Assembly (NCBI GenBank): GCA_964505845.1
Contig: CAZDMM010000003.1
Location: forward strand, 2,139 to 35,827
Length of the DNA stretch: 33,689 nt
Reading direction: 5' to 3'
Origin: an uncultured Caldilineaceae bacterium
Lineage (GTDB): Bacteria; Chloroflexota; Anaerolineae; 4572-78; J111
Both the position numbers and the translations under genes were made by a program. The notes under the pieces were generated by a model, which had not been told where the DNA came from, made no database searches, and saw only the letters and a list, made by a program, of their open reading frames with translations. How positions within the stretch are numbered: position 1 is the first letter of the stretch; each line of letters starts with the position of its first letter. Shown here one piece after another: positions 7,726 to 15,325 of the stretch.

Positions 7726-8901
7726 ATGTCTTACGTACCAAAAAATTCAAACAAACCGAATAATGGATTAACCCGGCGCGATTTTTTGAAGTTTTCGGCG
7801 GCGGGATTAATGGCCGGCGCCTCGGGCAGTTTGCTGGCCGCTTGTGGCGCCCAACCTACCGCCGCCCCGGCCGCCAAGGCCCCGGCTCAAGCCGCCGCTG
7901 AAGAGGAGAAAATTCTTAATGTGCTGGCCTTTTCCGGTTACGAGGAGCCGGGGATGTTGGAGTCATTTGAAAAGTCTACCGGCATCAAAGTCAACCTGAA
8001 GATTCATGACGGCTCTGATGATGAGATGATTGCCCTCATCCAAACCTCTCCGGCCGGCGCCTGGGATATTATGACCCCCACCAGCGCCTATGTGCCCAAC
8101 CTGGCCAAGCAAAAGCAGGTGCTTGAACTCAACCCGGCCGACTATCCCCTGGCTGATTACCTCAAGCCGATGGATAGCTGGCCCACCTGCTTTGTGGACG
8201 GCAAAATGTACGGCCTACTGAATCGCTTTGGCTATTACGGCCTCACCTACAACTCCGAAAAATTGACCGCCACCGATGTCCAATCCTACGATATTCTGAT
8301 GGATCCAAAGATGAAGGGCAAAGTAGCTTTGTTTGACTGGTTCTTGCCCAACATGGGCGCTATCTCCAAGTGGCTCGGCTTCAATCCGCCCTATCAACTC
8401 AGCGCCGACCAACTGGCCCAGGTAAAGGACAAACTTTTTGCCCTGCGCCCGCAGGTGGGTCTCATCGGCAGTACGGCCCAAACCACCCAGGGCCTGGCCT
8501 CCGGCGAATTCTGGCTAACGATTGCCGGCGAGTTCATTCAAGCCGGGCTGTTTGTGGAAGGCCATCCCTACCTGGCCGCCGTGCCCAAAGAGGGCGGCGT
8601 CACCTGGGATCAGGCCGTAATTATCCTGGCCAACACCCCGCGCCCCCAGAACGCCGTCAAATTTTTGCAGTACGTGGCCGGGCCGGAGTTCCAGGCCAAG
8701 CTGGCCGTGGCTCGCACCTACTACAGCATGATTCCCAACGGCAAAGCCGCCGAACTGCTCACCGCCGACCAGCGCAAACTGCTCAACCTTGATGACACCG
8801 CCAATTTTGCCAAGAATTTCCTGACCAACCTCTCCCCCCGCGAGCGCCCGGATAATATTGATGACTGGTCAAAGATTTGGGAAGAATTTAAGAAGCTTTA
8901 G
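7726..8901 (+). CDS. PotD/PotF-family (polyamine-type) ABC substrate-binding lipoprotein with a twin-arginine signal
   Basis: 391 aa. Tat motif TRRDFLKF, lipobox LLAAC. Overall PotD-family look and genomic context with PotA/B/C-like genes. AGGAGG lies upstream of the ATG. Confidence 0.75.
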   Translation: MSYVPKNSNKPNNGLTRRDFLKFSAAGLMAGASGSLLAACGAQPTAAPAAKAPAQAAAEEEKILNVLAFSGYEEPGMLESFEKSTGIKVNLKIHDGSDDEMIALIQTSPAGAWDIMTPTSAYVPNLAKQKQVLELNPADYPLADYLKPMDSWPTCFVDGKMYGLLNRFGYYGLTYNSEKLTATDVQSYDILMDPKMKGKVALFDWFLPNMGAISKWLGFNPPYQLSADQLAQVKDKLFALRPQVGLIGSTAQTTQGLASGEFWLTIAGEFIQAGLFVEGHPYLAAVPKEGGVTWDQAVIILANTPRPQNAVKFLQYVAGPEFQAKLAVARTYYSMIPNGKAAELLTADQRKLLNLDDTANFAKNFLTNLSPRERPDNIDDWSKIWEEFKKL

Positions 8902-8939
8902 CCAGCCGAAAATTACTGCCTTTGCACTTCTTAAATAGA

Positions 8940-9018
8940 ACGCAGATTAACGCTGATTTTCGCTGACTGTAGGCGCAGAGAAATAAAAAAGATCAGCGAA
9001 AATCAGTCGAATCTGCGT
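8940..9018. repeat. Imperfect intergenic hairpin (ACGCAGATTAACGCTGATTTTCGCTGA / TCAGCGAAAATCAGTCGAATCTGCGT) followed by the direct repeat AATCTGCGTAATCTGCGTA
   Basis: The arms are reverse complements except for a 3-nt patch. It sits between the binding-protein gene and the ATPase gene. Confidence 0.65.
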
Positions 9019-9050
9019 AATCTGCGTACTGGTTTGAGCCGATTACAAAA

Positions 9051-10163
9051 ATGATATCCACCGATTATATTGTCGAACTACGGAACGTCACCAAACAATT
9101 CAGCGAAAGCTTTGTGGCCGTCAATAATATCTCGCTTCAGGTGCAGAAGGGCGAGTTTTTGACCCTGCTGGGGCCATCGGGCTGCGGCAAAACCACCACG
9201 CTGCGCATGATTGCCGGGCTGGAGTCCGTTTCTGCGGGCCAGATTTTTATCGCCGGCCGTGATGTCAGTTATGATCCGCCCTATGCTCGCGCAACCAGCA
9301 TGATGTTTCAAGATTACGCCCTTTTCCCGCACATGACTATCGAGGACAACATTGCCTTTGGGTTGAAGATGCGCGGGGTGGGGCGGGAAGCGCGGCGGCG
9401 CAAAGCCCAGGAGATGCTGGAGTTTATCCAGTTGCCGCACATTGCCAAACGCAAGCCGGGCCAGCTTTCCGGTGGGCAGCGGCAGCGAGTCGCCCTGGCC
9501 CGCTCCTTAATTTTGCAGCCGGCGGTATTGCTGCTGGATGAGCCGCTGGGCGCGCTCGACGCGGAGCTGCGTCGCCAGATGCAGGTAGAGCTAAAGCGGA
9601 TTCAGCGGCAGGTAGGCATCACCTTTATCTATGTGACTCACGACCAGGAAGAAGCCCTGACCATGAGCGACCGGATTGTGGTGATGCACAATGGCCTGGT
9701 GGAGCAAATTGCTCCACCACGCGCCATCTACGAGCAGCCCGGCACCATCTTTGTGGCCCGCTTTATCGGGCAGTGCAACTTTAGAGCAGGGCCAATCGTC
9801 AAGCTGAACGGCTCTAGCCTGACCATCTCCGACCCAGTTTTTGGGAGGCTCCAGGCCAAAAAGGGCGAGAGCGCCCGGCTCAACAGCCAGGGGCAGCTTG
9901 CCACCGTCGCCATCCGGCCGGAAAAGATTAAGCTTGGGCCGGAGGCGCAGCCATGCGCCAACCAGGCCCAGGGCGTGCTCAAGGATATGGTTTATAGCGG
10001 CGCGACCGTGCGCTACCTGATCGAAGTCGCCCCCGGCGACGAGATGATTGCCGAAAGCCATACCATTCTGGATGTCGCAGCCGGTTCGGCCATTGATCTG
10101 GGCTGGCATGCGGCTGACGCCATTGCCCTGCCCGGTTCGGTCAACGGTGAAGGCAAAGCATGA
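9051..10163 (+). CDS. PotA-like ABC transporter ATP-binding protein with a C-terminal TOBE-like domain
   Basis: 370 aa. Walker [10 protein letters not shown], signature [15 protein letters not shown], Walker [12 protein letters not shown]. Confidence 0.85.
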   Translation: MISTDYIVELRNVTKQFSESFVAVNNISLQVQKGEFLTLLGPSGCGKTTTLRMIAGLESVSAGQIFIAGRDVSYDPPYARATSMMFQDYALFPHMTIEDNIAFGLKMRGVGREARRRKAQEMLEFIQLPHIAKRKPGQLSGGQRQRVALARSLILQPAVLLLDEPLGALDAELRRQMQVELKRIQRQVGITFIYVTHDQEEALTMSDRIVVMHNGLVEQIAPPRAIYEQPGTIFVARFIGQCNFRAGPIVKLNGSSLTISDPVFGRLQAKKGESARLNSQGQLATVAIRPEKIKLGPEAQPCANQAQGVLKDMVYSGATVRYLIEVAPGDEMIAESHTILDVAAGSAIDLGWHAADAIALPGSVNGEGKA

Positions 10164-11068
10164 GTCAGTCGGCCTCTATCCCTGCGCCAAAATCGGCGAC
10201 GCTCACCCGCCGTTCCACCCACTTGATGGGCAACCCCTGGTATGGACTGGTTCCCGTATTAGGCTATTTACTGCTATTCTACCTCATTCCCTTGCTGTAT
10301 CTGCTCTCCCTCAGCTTTCGGGTGGGGCAAGGCAGTGGGCTTCAATTTTCCTCCACCCTCACGCTGGCCAATTATGGAGAGTTTTTTGCCAGCCAGGCCA
10401 ACTGGATTGCCTGGGCCCGTTCTTTTGGGGTGGCCTTTGCGGTCGTGATCCTCTCTATTCTGTGCGCCTACCCGCTGGCTTACACCATTGCCTTTATCAT
10501 GCCCAAAAAATACCAGCAGGTAACGCTGCTGTTGATTATTGCCCCCTTTTGGACCAGCTTTGTCATCCGCGCCTTTGCCTGGCAGCTTCTCCTGGCCGAC
10601 GCCGGCCCCATCAATACCTGGTTCCAGCAGGTCGGGCTGCCGCCTTTTAAAATCCTCTATACCCACGCCGCCACCATCGCCGGTTTGACCGTCTTTGGGA
10701 CTATGCTGATTACCCTGAACCTCTACGCCACGATGGAAAATATCAACCCGAATCTCCTGGCCGCCGCCGCCGATTTGGGAGCGCGCCGCTGGCAGGGCTT
10801 CCGCGAAGTGATCCTGCCCCTCTCTTTTCCGGGCATGATTATTGGGGCCACGCTGGCCTTTATCACCGCCTTTGGCGATTTTATTGTCCCGGCCCTGCTG
10901 GGTGGGGGCATCCGCCTGCTGCTGGCTCAGGCCATGGTCGGGGCCATCACCACCAATTTTAATATTCCTCGGGCCGCCACTTATGCCATGATCATGCTCC
11001 TGTCCATCCTGATCATCACCCTGCCCATGCTGCGGCTGGCCCGGCGCGGCCTCAACGAGGAGGTTTAG
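10160..11068 (+). CDS. PotB-like ABC transporter permease
   Basis: 302-aa multi-TM ORF. ATGA start/stop overlap with the ATPase gene. EAA-loop LLAAAADLGARRWQGFREVILPLSFPG. Confidence 0.85.
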   Translation: MSQSASIPAPKSATLTRRSTHLMGNPWYGLVPVLGYLLLFYLIPLLYLLSLSFRVGQGSGLQFSSTLTLANYGEFFASQANWIAWARSFGVAFAVVILSILCAYPLAYTIAFIMPKKYQQVTLLLIIAPFWTSFVIRAFAWQLLLADAGPINTWFQQVGLPPFKILYTHAATIAGLTVFGTMLITLNLYATMENINPNLLAAAADLGARRWQGFREVILPLSFPGMIIGATLAFITAFGDFIVPALLGGGIRLLLAQAMVGAITTNFNIPRAATYAMIMLLSILIITLPMLRLARRGLNEEV

Positions 11069-11073
11069 GCGTT

Positions 11074-11883
11074 ATGGTTGAAGGTTCGCAAGAGCGCCTG
11101 AGCCGGTATCCGCTGTACCTCAGCCTGATCCTGGCTTTTGTCATCATCTACACCCCTATCATCCTGGTGGTGATTTTCTCTTTTAACGCCGGGCGCTTTC
11201 AGGTTTTTCCGCTGCGGGGCTTTACCCTGGAGTGGTATCAAAAAATGTTCCTGGATTCGGCCTTTATGGAGGCGCTGCAAAACAGCCTGCTTGTTTCCTT
11301 TGGGGTCAGCCTGGTTTCAACCCTGCTCGGCTTTTTGGGAGCCTATTCACTGGTCAAGGCATCCTTTCCTTTTAAAGATGTGATTTCTAGCTTTTTGATT
11401 ACCCCGCTGGCCGTCCCCGGCGTTTTGCTGGCGATTGCGCTGCGGGTCTATTTCTTTAACCTGGGCAGCAACTTCTCACTGGTAACCGTCTTTCTGGGTC
11501 ACTTGATTTTCGACATCCCCCTGGCCGTCCTCATTCTGCGGGCGCGGCTGCTGCAAATCCCCATCAGCCTGGAAGAGGCGGCCTGGGATTTGGGGGCGGG
11601 GCGCTGGCGTTCGCTGTGGGAAGTCATCCTGCCTATGACCCTGCCGGGTATTCTGGTTTCGATTTTGCTCACCTTTACCTTTTCTTTTGACGAGTTCATC
11701 ATTGCCTACTTCTTAACCCAATTTGAGCTGACCTTACCGATCAAAATCTGGGCCAACCTGATTACCGGTTTTGACCCGACAGTCAATGCCATCGGCAGCA
11801 TCGTGTTTGTCATGTCGCTGCTGATCGCCATCATCGCCCAAAATATCCTGTGGCGCAAACCGGCTGAGAAATCACTTCGCTAA
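11074..11883 (+). CDS. PotC-like ABC transporter permease
   Basis: 269-aa multi-TM ORF. GAGGAGG lies upstream of the ATG. EAA-loop LEEAAWDLGAGRWRSLWEVILPMTLPG. Confidence 0.85.
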   Translation: MVEGSQERLSRYPLYLSLILAFVIIYTPIILVVIFSFNAGRFQVFPLRGFTLEWYQKMFLDSAFMEALQNSLLVSFGVSLVSTLLGFLGAYSLVKASFPFKDVISSFLITPLAVPGVLLAIALRVYFFNLGSNFSLVTVFLGHLIFDIPLAVLILRARLLQIPISLEEAAWDLGAGRWRSLWEVILPMTLPGILVSILLTFTFSFDEFIIAYFLTQFELTLPIKIWANLITGFDPTVNAIGSIVFVMSLLIAIIAQNILWRKPAEKSLR

Positions 11884-11924
11884 GTATTGAGGCGCTGCGT
11901 TGAAACGGTGCAAGGATTTGAGAG

Positions 11925-11946
11925 TAATGTTATAATGTTAACAAAG
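11925..11946 (+). promoter_or_regulatory. Extended -10 promoter element TGTTATAAT (11928-11936) inside tandem TAATGTTA x2 and the 8-bp palindrome TGTTAACA, upstream of the GntR gene
   Basis: Read directly from the sequence, 35 nt upstream of the ATG at 11972. It shares the 9-mer ATGTTATAA with the palindrome at 160-189. Confidence 0.4.
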
Positions 11947-11971
11947 ATTCAAGGGGAGTGAGAGGAGTATT

Positions 11972-12649
11972 ATGGCGCTGCCACCACTGTTGGAAATCGA
12001 AGGGTATACCCTCACCGAAAAGGTTTACGAGACCCTCAAAAAAGGTATTTTATCGTTAAAGATCAAGCCCAGAGAGTACCTGGTCATTGGCGACGTGGCC
12101 AAAGAGTACGGCATCAGCCGCACCCCGGTCCGAGAAGCCCTGATTATGCTGGAGCGGGATGGTTGGGTTGAGAGCGATGGGCGCCGGGGGGCCAGGGTAA
12201 CGGCCCCATCGGTGCAGGCCATTATGGAGTTGATTGAAATTCAGGGGGTGCTGGAAGGCTATGTGGCCCGGCGGGCGGCCGAGCAGTTTTCTGAGGCCGA
12301 CCTTCAATACGCGCAGGCCGTGCTGGATGAAGCCGACCAGGCGCTGCAGGCCGGCGACCACCCACGCAGCCGGCAGTTAGGGGTAAAGTTTCACAACTTG
12401 TTGGCCGAAAAAGTGGGCAACCAGCGTCTGCGGGCCACCATTGAGCAGTTGGAAGAGCATGTGCGGCGCATCCGCCCGCTCATCTGGCATAAAGGCGAAG
12501 CCCCCATTGAGCAATCGGCGCAGCACCACCGGGCCGTGCTGGAGGCCATCCAGTCCCGCGATGGCCTCAAAGCGGAAAAATTGATGTTTCACCACACGGT
12601 CTGGTTTGAAGAAGAGCTGGCCGCTACCTTGCAGCGGGTGCTGGGATAA
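11972..12649 (+). CDS. GntR-family transcriptional regulator (FadR/FCD subfamily)
   Basis: 225 aa. N-terminal winged-helix motif GDVAKEYGISRTPVREALIMLERDGWV followed by a helical FCD-like C-terminal domain. Confidence 0.85.
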   Translation: MALPPLLEIEGYTLTEKVYETLKKGILSLKIKPREYLVIGDVAKEYGISRTPVREALIMLERDGWVESDGRRGARVTAPSVQAIMELIEIQGVLEGYVARRAAEQFSEADLQYAQAVLDEADQALQAGDHPRSRQLGVKFHNLLAEKVGNQRLRATIEQLEEHVRRIRPLIWHKGEAPIEQSAQHHRAVLEAIQSRDGLKAEKLMFHHTVWFEEELAATLQRVLG

Positions 12650-12674
12650 ACCGGGCGCTCGCCCACCGTCAGGC

Positions 12675-13361
12675 TTAACGGACTTTGGCGGCCAGTCCGG
12701 CCCGGTCCAAAATAACAATCTGGCGGCGTTTTACCTGGATCAGCCCCTCCTCGTCCAAACTGCGCAGCGCCCGATGAATCACGTCAGGCACCGTCCCCAG
12801 GCGCGCAGCCATCTCAGCCTGGGTAGCCCACTGGTAACGCTCGATCACGGTTTGCTGATTATCCCCCAATTGCAGCAGCAGCAGCTTGGCTAACCGGGCC
12901 GTCACCGAACGGAGCGACAGGTCTTCGATGAGTGAGATGGTATGGAGCAGGCGCCCGGCCAGCGCCCGGATAATCAGCCGGGCCATCGCCGGATACCGGT
13001 CCAGCAGCTCCAGCAAGGTTGACTGCTGAATGGCCCACAACTCGCACGCTTCCTGGGCAATAAGGGTGGCGGGATGAGGCTGCTCGGCAAAGACAGGGGC
13101 AATATTGACCGGCTGGCCCGGGCCGATAAAGTCAAGAATCTGCTCGCGCCCTTCGGCCGATAATTTAACCGCTTTGACCCAGCCTCGATGAACCAGGTAT
13201 AAGGCTTCGGGCAGGTCGCCTTCTAAAAAAACAACCTCACCGGGGTTATAACTGCGCAACTGAGTCGCCGCGCGCAGTTCATTCCAGCCGCTTTGATCCA
13301 ATACCTTAAGCCAGGGAATCTGGCTCAAATCTGCCAACGGGTCGGGTATATTGCCGGGCAT
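12675..13361 (-). CDS. Crp/Fnr-family regulator (cNMP-binding domain plus C-terminal HTH), no N-terminal Cys cluster
   Basis: Start moved to the ATG at 13361 (MPGNIPDPL...) with GGAGGAG immediately upstream. The longer ORF to 13667 would overlap the cytochrome gene. HTH motif ATQAEMAARLGTVPDVIHRALRSLDEEGLI. Confidence 0.8.
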   Translation of the reverse strand: MPGNIPDPLADLSQIPWLKVLDQSGWNELRAATQLRSYNPGEVVFLEGDLPEALYLVHRGWVKAVKLSAEGREQILDFIGPGQPVNIAPVFAEQPHPATLIAQEACELWAIQQSTLLELLDRYPAMARLIIRALAGRLLHTISLIEDLSLRSVTARLAKLLLLQLGDNQQTVIERYQWATQAEMAARLGTVPDVIHRALRSLDEEGLIQVKRRQIVILDRAGLAAKVR

Positions 13362-13437
13362 TAAAACTCCTCCACCGGCCCTCATGATAGCCCTGTCCGG
13401 CCGCTTCCGCAAAGAAGGTTGGGCAGCCCACCGGCGC

Positions 13438-14484
13438 TCAATCATCCTCCGCCTCAGCCGGCTCATCATCCTTATGCTCGCGTCCGGTGGGGTGGCAAGC
13501 GGCGCAGTTTTGAAAATTACGAAGACCTTCTTCCAGATGTTTGGACGCGATTTCGGCCGGATTGTGCTCGTGGCAGCCGTAGCAACTATACCGGGTAAAG
13601 GCGTCTGGGTGGCAAACTGCACAGGCCAGCGGCCGGCCCTCATTTTTGTGAGCCAGGGGAAAAACATGGCTGGCCAGGTTCAGCCTCACCTGGGCCCAGC
13701 TTGAAGGCCGGTGGCAGGCGTCGCAGGCGGTTCCGGGCCGACTCTGATGCACATCATCGGCGCGGTGGCAACTGTAGCAAGCACGCGGGGTATGGGTAAA
13801 CTGCCGCCCCGTATGACATTCCAGGCAGCCGGCCGCCGCATGGGCCCCTTCCAGGGGGAAGAAAGCCGCATGGCCAGCCGCATCCAGGCTCCCCCGGCCC
13901 CGGTGGCAAACAAGGCAGTCGGCCCCAAAGCCGGCCTGGTGCGCAGCCATAAAATCGGGCCGGGCCGCCGTATGACACTCCACGCAGCCGGACGCTTCAA
14001 AATCATAACCGGCCTGGGGATGGCAGGCCGCACAGGATATGGGCCGGCCGGCATAATCCACCGAATGTTGAATCAGGGAAAAATTGGTAGCGGCCTCATG
14101 CGAAAAGCTCAGGCTGTTAAGGCGGGTAATCCTGACCTCGCGCCCCAAATGGTCCGGGTGACAGGCCAGGCAGTGATCAACCTCTTGAAAAACCCCATGC
14201 AGTTTTACCGCCTGCTGTATCTGGCCGGCCACACTGGTATGACAGGCCAGGCACAGGCCGGCCATTGGCCCTTGCAGCGGTTGGTGGCAGCGGTTACATT
14301 CAGCCTCAAAATCGGCGTGATGTTTAAAGCCTTGCAGCGGCCTGTTTTGGGGGTGAACGGCGGTTAGCGGGCCGGGGCTGAACATTTGCGCCCCCACTCC
14401 CACCAGCGCCGCCGCTACGCCCAGGATCAGGATCAGGGTCAGGCCACAGCTCCAGGAGGAAAAGAATAGGTCGCGTTTTGACAT
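13438..14484 (-). CDS. Dodecaheme c-type cytochrome with an N-terminal signal/anchor and an acidic C-terminal tail
   Basis: Twelve CxxCH motifs counted by hand (CNRCH, CLACH x2, CAACH x2, CVECH, CLVCH, CLECH, CYSCH, CDACH, CAVCH, CYGCH) in about 350 aa. Hydrophobic segment LTLILILGVAAALVGVGA. ATG at 14484 is preferred over the GTG at 14502. Confidence 0.85.
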   Translation of the reverse strand: MSKRDLFFSSWSCGLTLILILGVAAALVGVGAQMFSPGPLTAVHPQNRPLQGFKHHADFEAECNRCHQPLQGPMAGLCLACHTSVAGQIQQAVKLHGVFQEVDHCLACHPDHLGREVRITRLNSLSFSHEAATNFSLIQHSVDYAGRPISCAACHPQAGYDFEASGCVECHTAARPDFMAAHQAGFGADCLVCHRGRGSLDAAGHAAFFPLEGAHAAAGCLECHTGRQFTHTPRACYSCHRADDVHQSRPGTACDACHRPSSWAQVRLNLASHVFPLAHKNEGRPLACAVCHPDAFTRYSCYGCHEHNPAEIASKHLEEGLRNFQNCAACHPTGREHKDDEPAEAEDD

Positions 14485-14531
14485 GGCCGGCTCCCCAGCC
14501 ACAACCTGCTTCTGGCTGGATAAAGCCCCGG

Positions 14532-14556
14532 CAGGTTTTTGAAACCTGTCAGGTTT
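14532..14556. other. Three 7-mers CAGGTTT / AAACCTG / CAGGTTT able to form two mutually exclusive small hairpins
   Basis: 7-mers at 14532-14538, 14542-14548 and 14550-14556, read directly. They lie in the 64-nt gap between the membrane-protein gene and the cytochrome gene. Confidence 0.4.
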
Positions 14557-14566
14557 AGATTAGCGG

Positions 14567-15295
14567 TTAAGGGGGCCAGCCGCCATAATAGAGGGCGGCC
14601 CCAATGTGGATAGCAATTGTGGTGAACATGGTCAACCCCAGGGGCACGTGGAGGCGCCGCCACAACCTCAGCAGCCGTTGGGCGGTTTTGAGCGAGGCCA
14701 TCTGCCGCTCTAGCTCCTGGCGGCGCTGCAGCAGGCGCTCCAACTCTGGCGCATGGCGGCGCTCCGTTGGCTGCCCCCAGCAGGTCAGCCGCACCAGGGG
14801 GTTGGCCGGGGGCCTGCCAGTCTGAGCAGAAGCAACCGGGGCCGAATCCTCCAGTTTGGCTTGCAGTTGAGCCAGGCGGGCCGCTAATTCGTCGCGGCTC
14901 AGGGCGACTCCGGCCAGGGTGCGCGGCACGGCGGTATAAATGTAACGTCCCACAAAACCGCTCACCGTCACCAGCGCCGTCAGAGCCATAGCCAATCCGG
15001 CTAAACCGTTAAAGGTAAAGCCGGTATGGAGCAGCGCCAGCCAGGGGCCGACAATCCCGGTCACAATATGGCATGAGAGCCACAGTCGCACCGGCCCAAA
15101 GCGCAGCCAGCCCAGCCGCTTACGCAGAGAGTACAGCGTTTCGGTCAGCGCCATGCACAGCAGGCCCAGGCTGCCCAGGGCCAGACCGACCGGATGCCCC
15201 CCGGACGGCTCTGCCGCCAGCGCGTACACGGCATACCCCCCCAGCAGGAGAACAGCCTCGACAAAACTGATGAGAAGCTCAAGGCGTTCAATCAT
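14567..15295 (-). CDS. Integral membrane protein (about 5 TM) with two H-x13-H helices; candidate diheme b-type cytochrome
   Basis: 242 aa. His76/His90 in SCHIVTGIVGPWLALLH and His216/His230 in LHVPLGLTMFTTIAIH, both with 13 intervening residues. A charged coiled segment of about 90 aa precedes the last TM. No family name is assigned with confidence. Confidence 0.55.
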   Translation of the reverse strand: MIERLELLISFVEAVLLLGGYAVYALAAEPSGGHPVGLALGSLGLLCMALTETLYSLRKRLGWLRFGPVRLWLSCHIVTGIVGPWLALLHTGFTFNGLAGLAMALTALVTVSGFVGRYIYTAVPRTLAGVALSRDELAARLAQLQAKLEDSAPVASAQTGRPPANPLVRLTCWGQPTERRHAPELERLLQRRQELERQMASLKTAQRLLRLWRRLHVPLGLTMFTTIAIHIGAALYYGGWPP

Positions 15296-15325
15296 ACTGA
15301 CAATAAAAAATACGGCGCGATCAAG

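Noticed and set aside
4163-9050. CRISPR-like array, considered because of multiple intergenic repeats
   Set aside because: The repeats are four different sequences, each a single inverted repeat in a separate intergenic gap. There are no regularly spaced direct repeats with unique spacers and no cas genes.
12675-13667. Long 330-aa version of the Crp-family ORF
   Set aside because: The first 102 codons overlap the 3' end of the cytochrome gene and carry no domain signal. The ATG at 13361 has GGAGGAG directly upstream and yields a standard-length cNMP-binding plus HTH protein.
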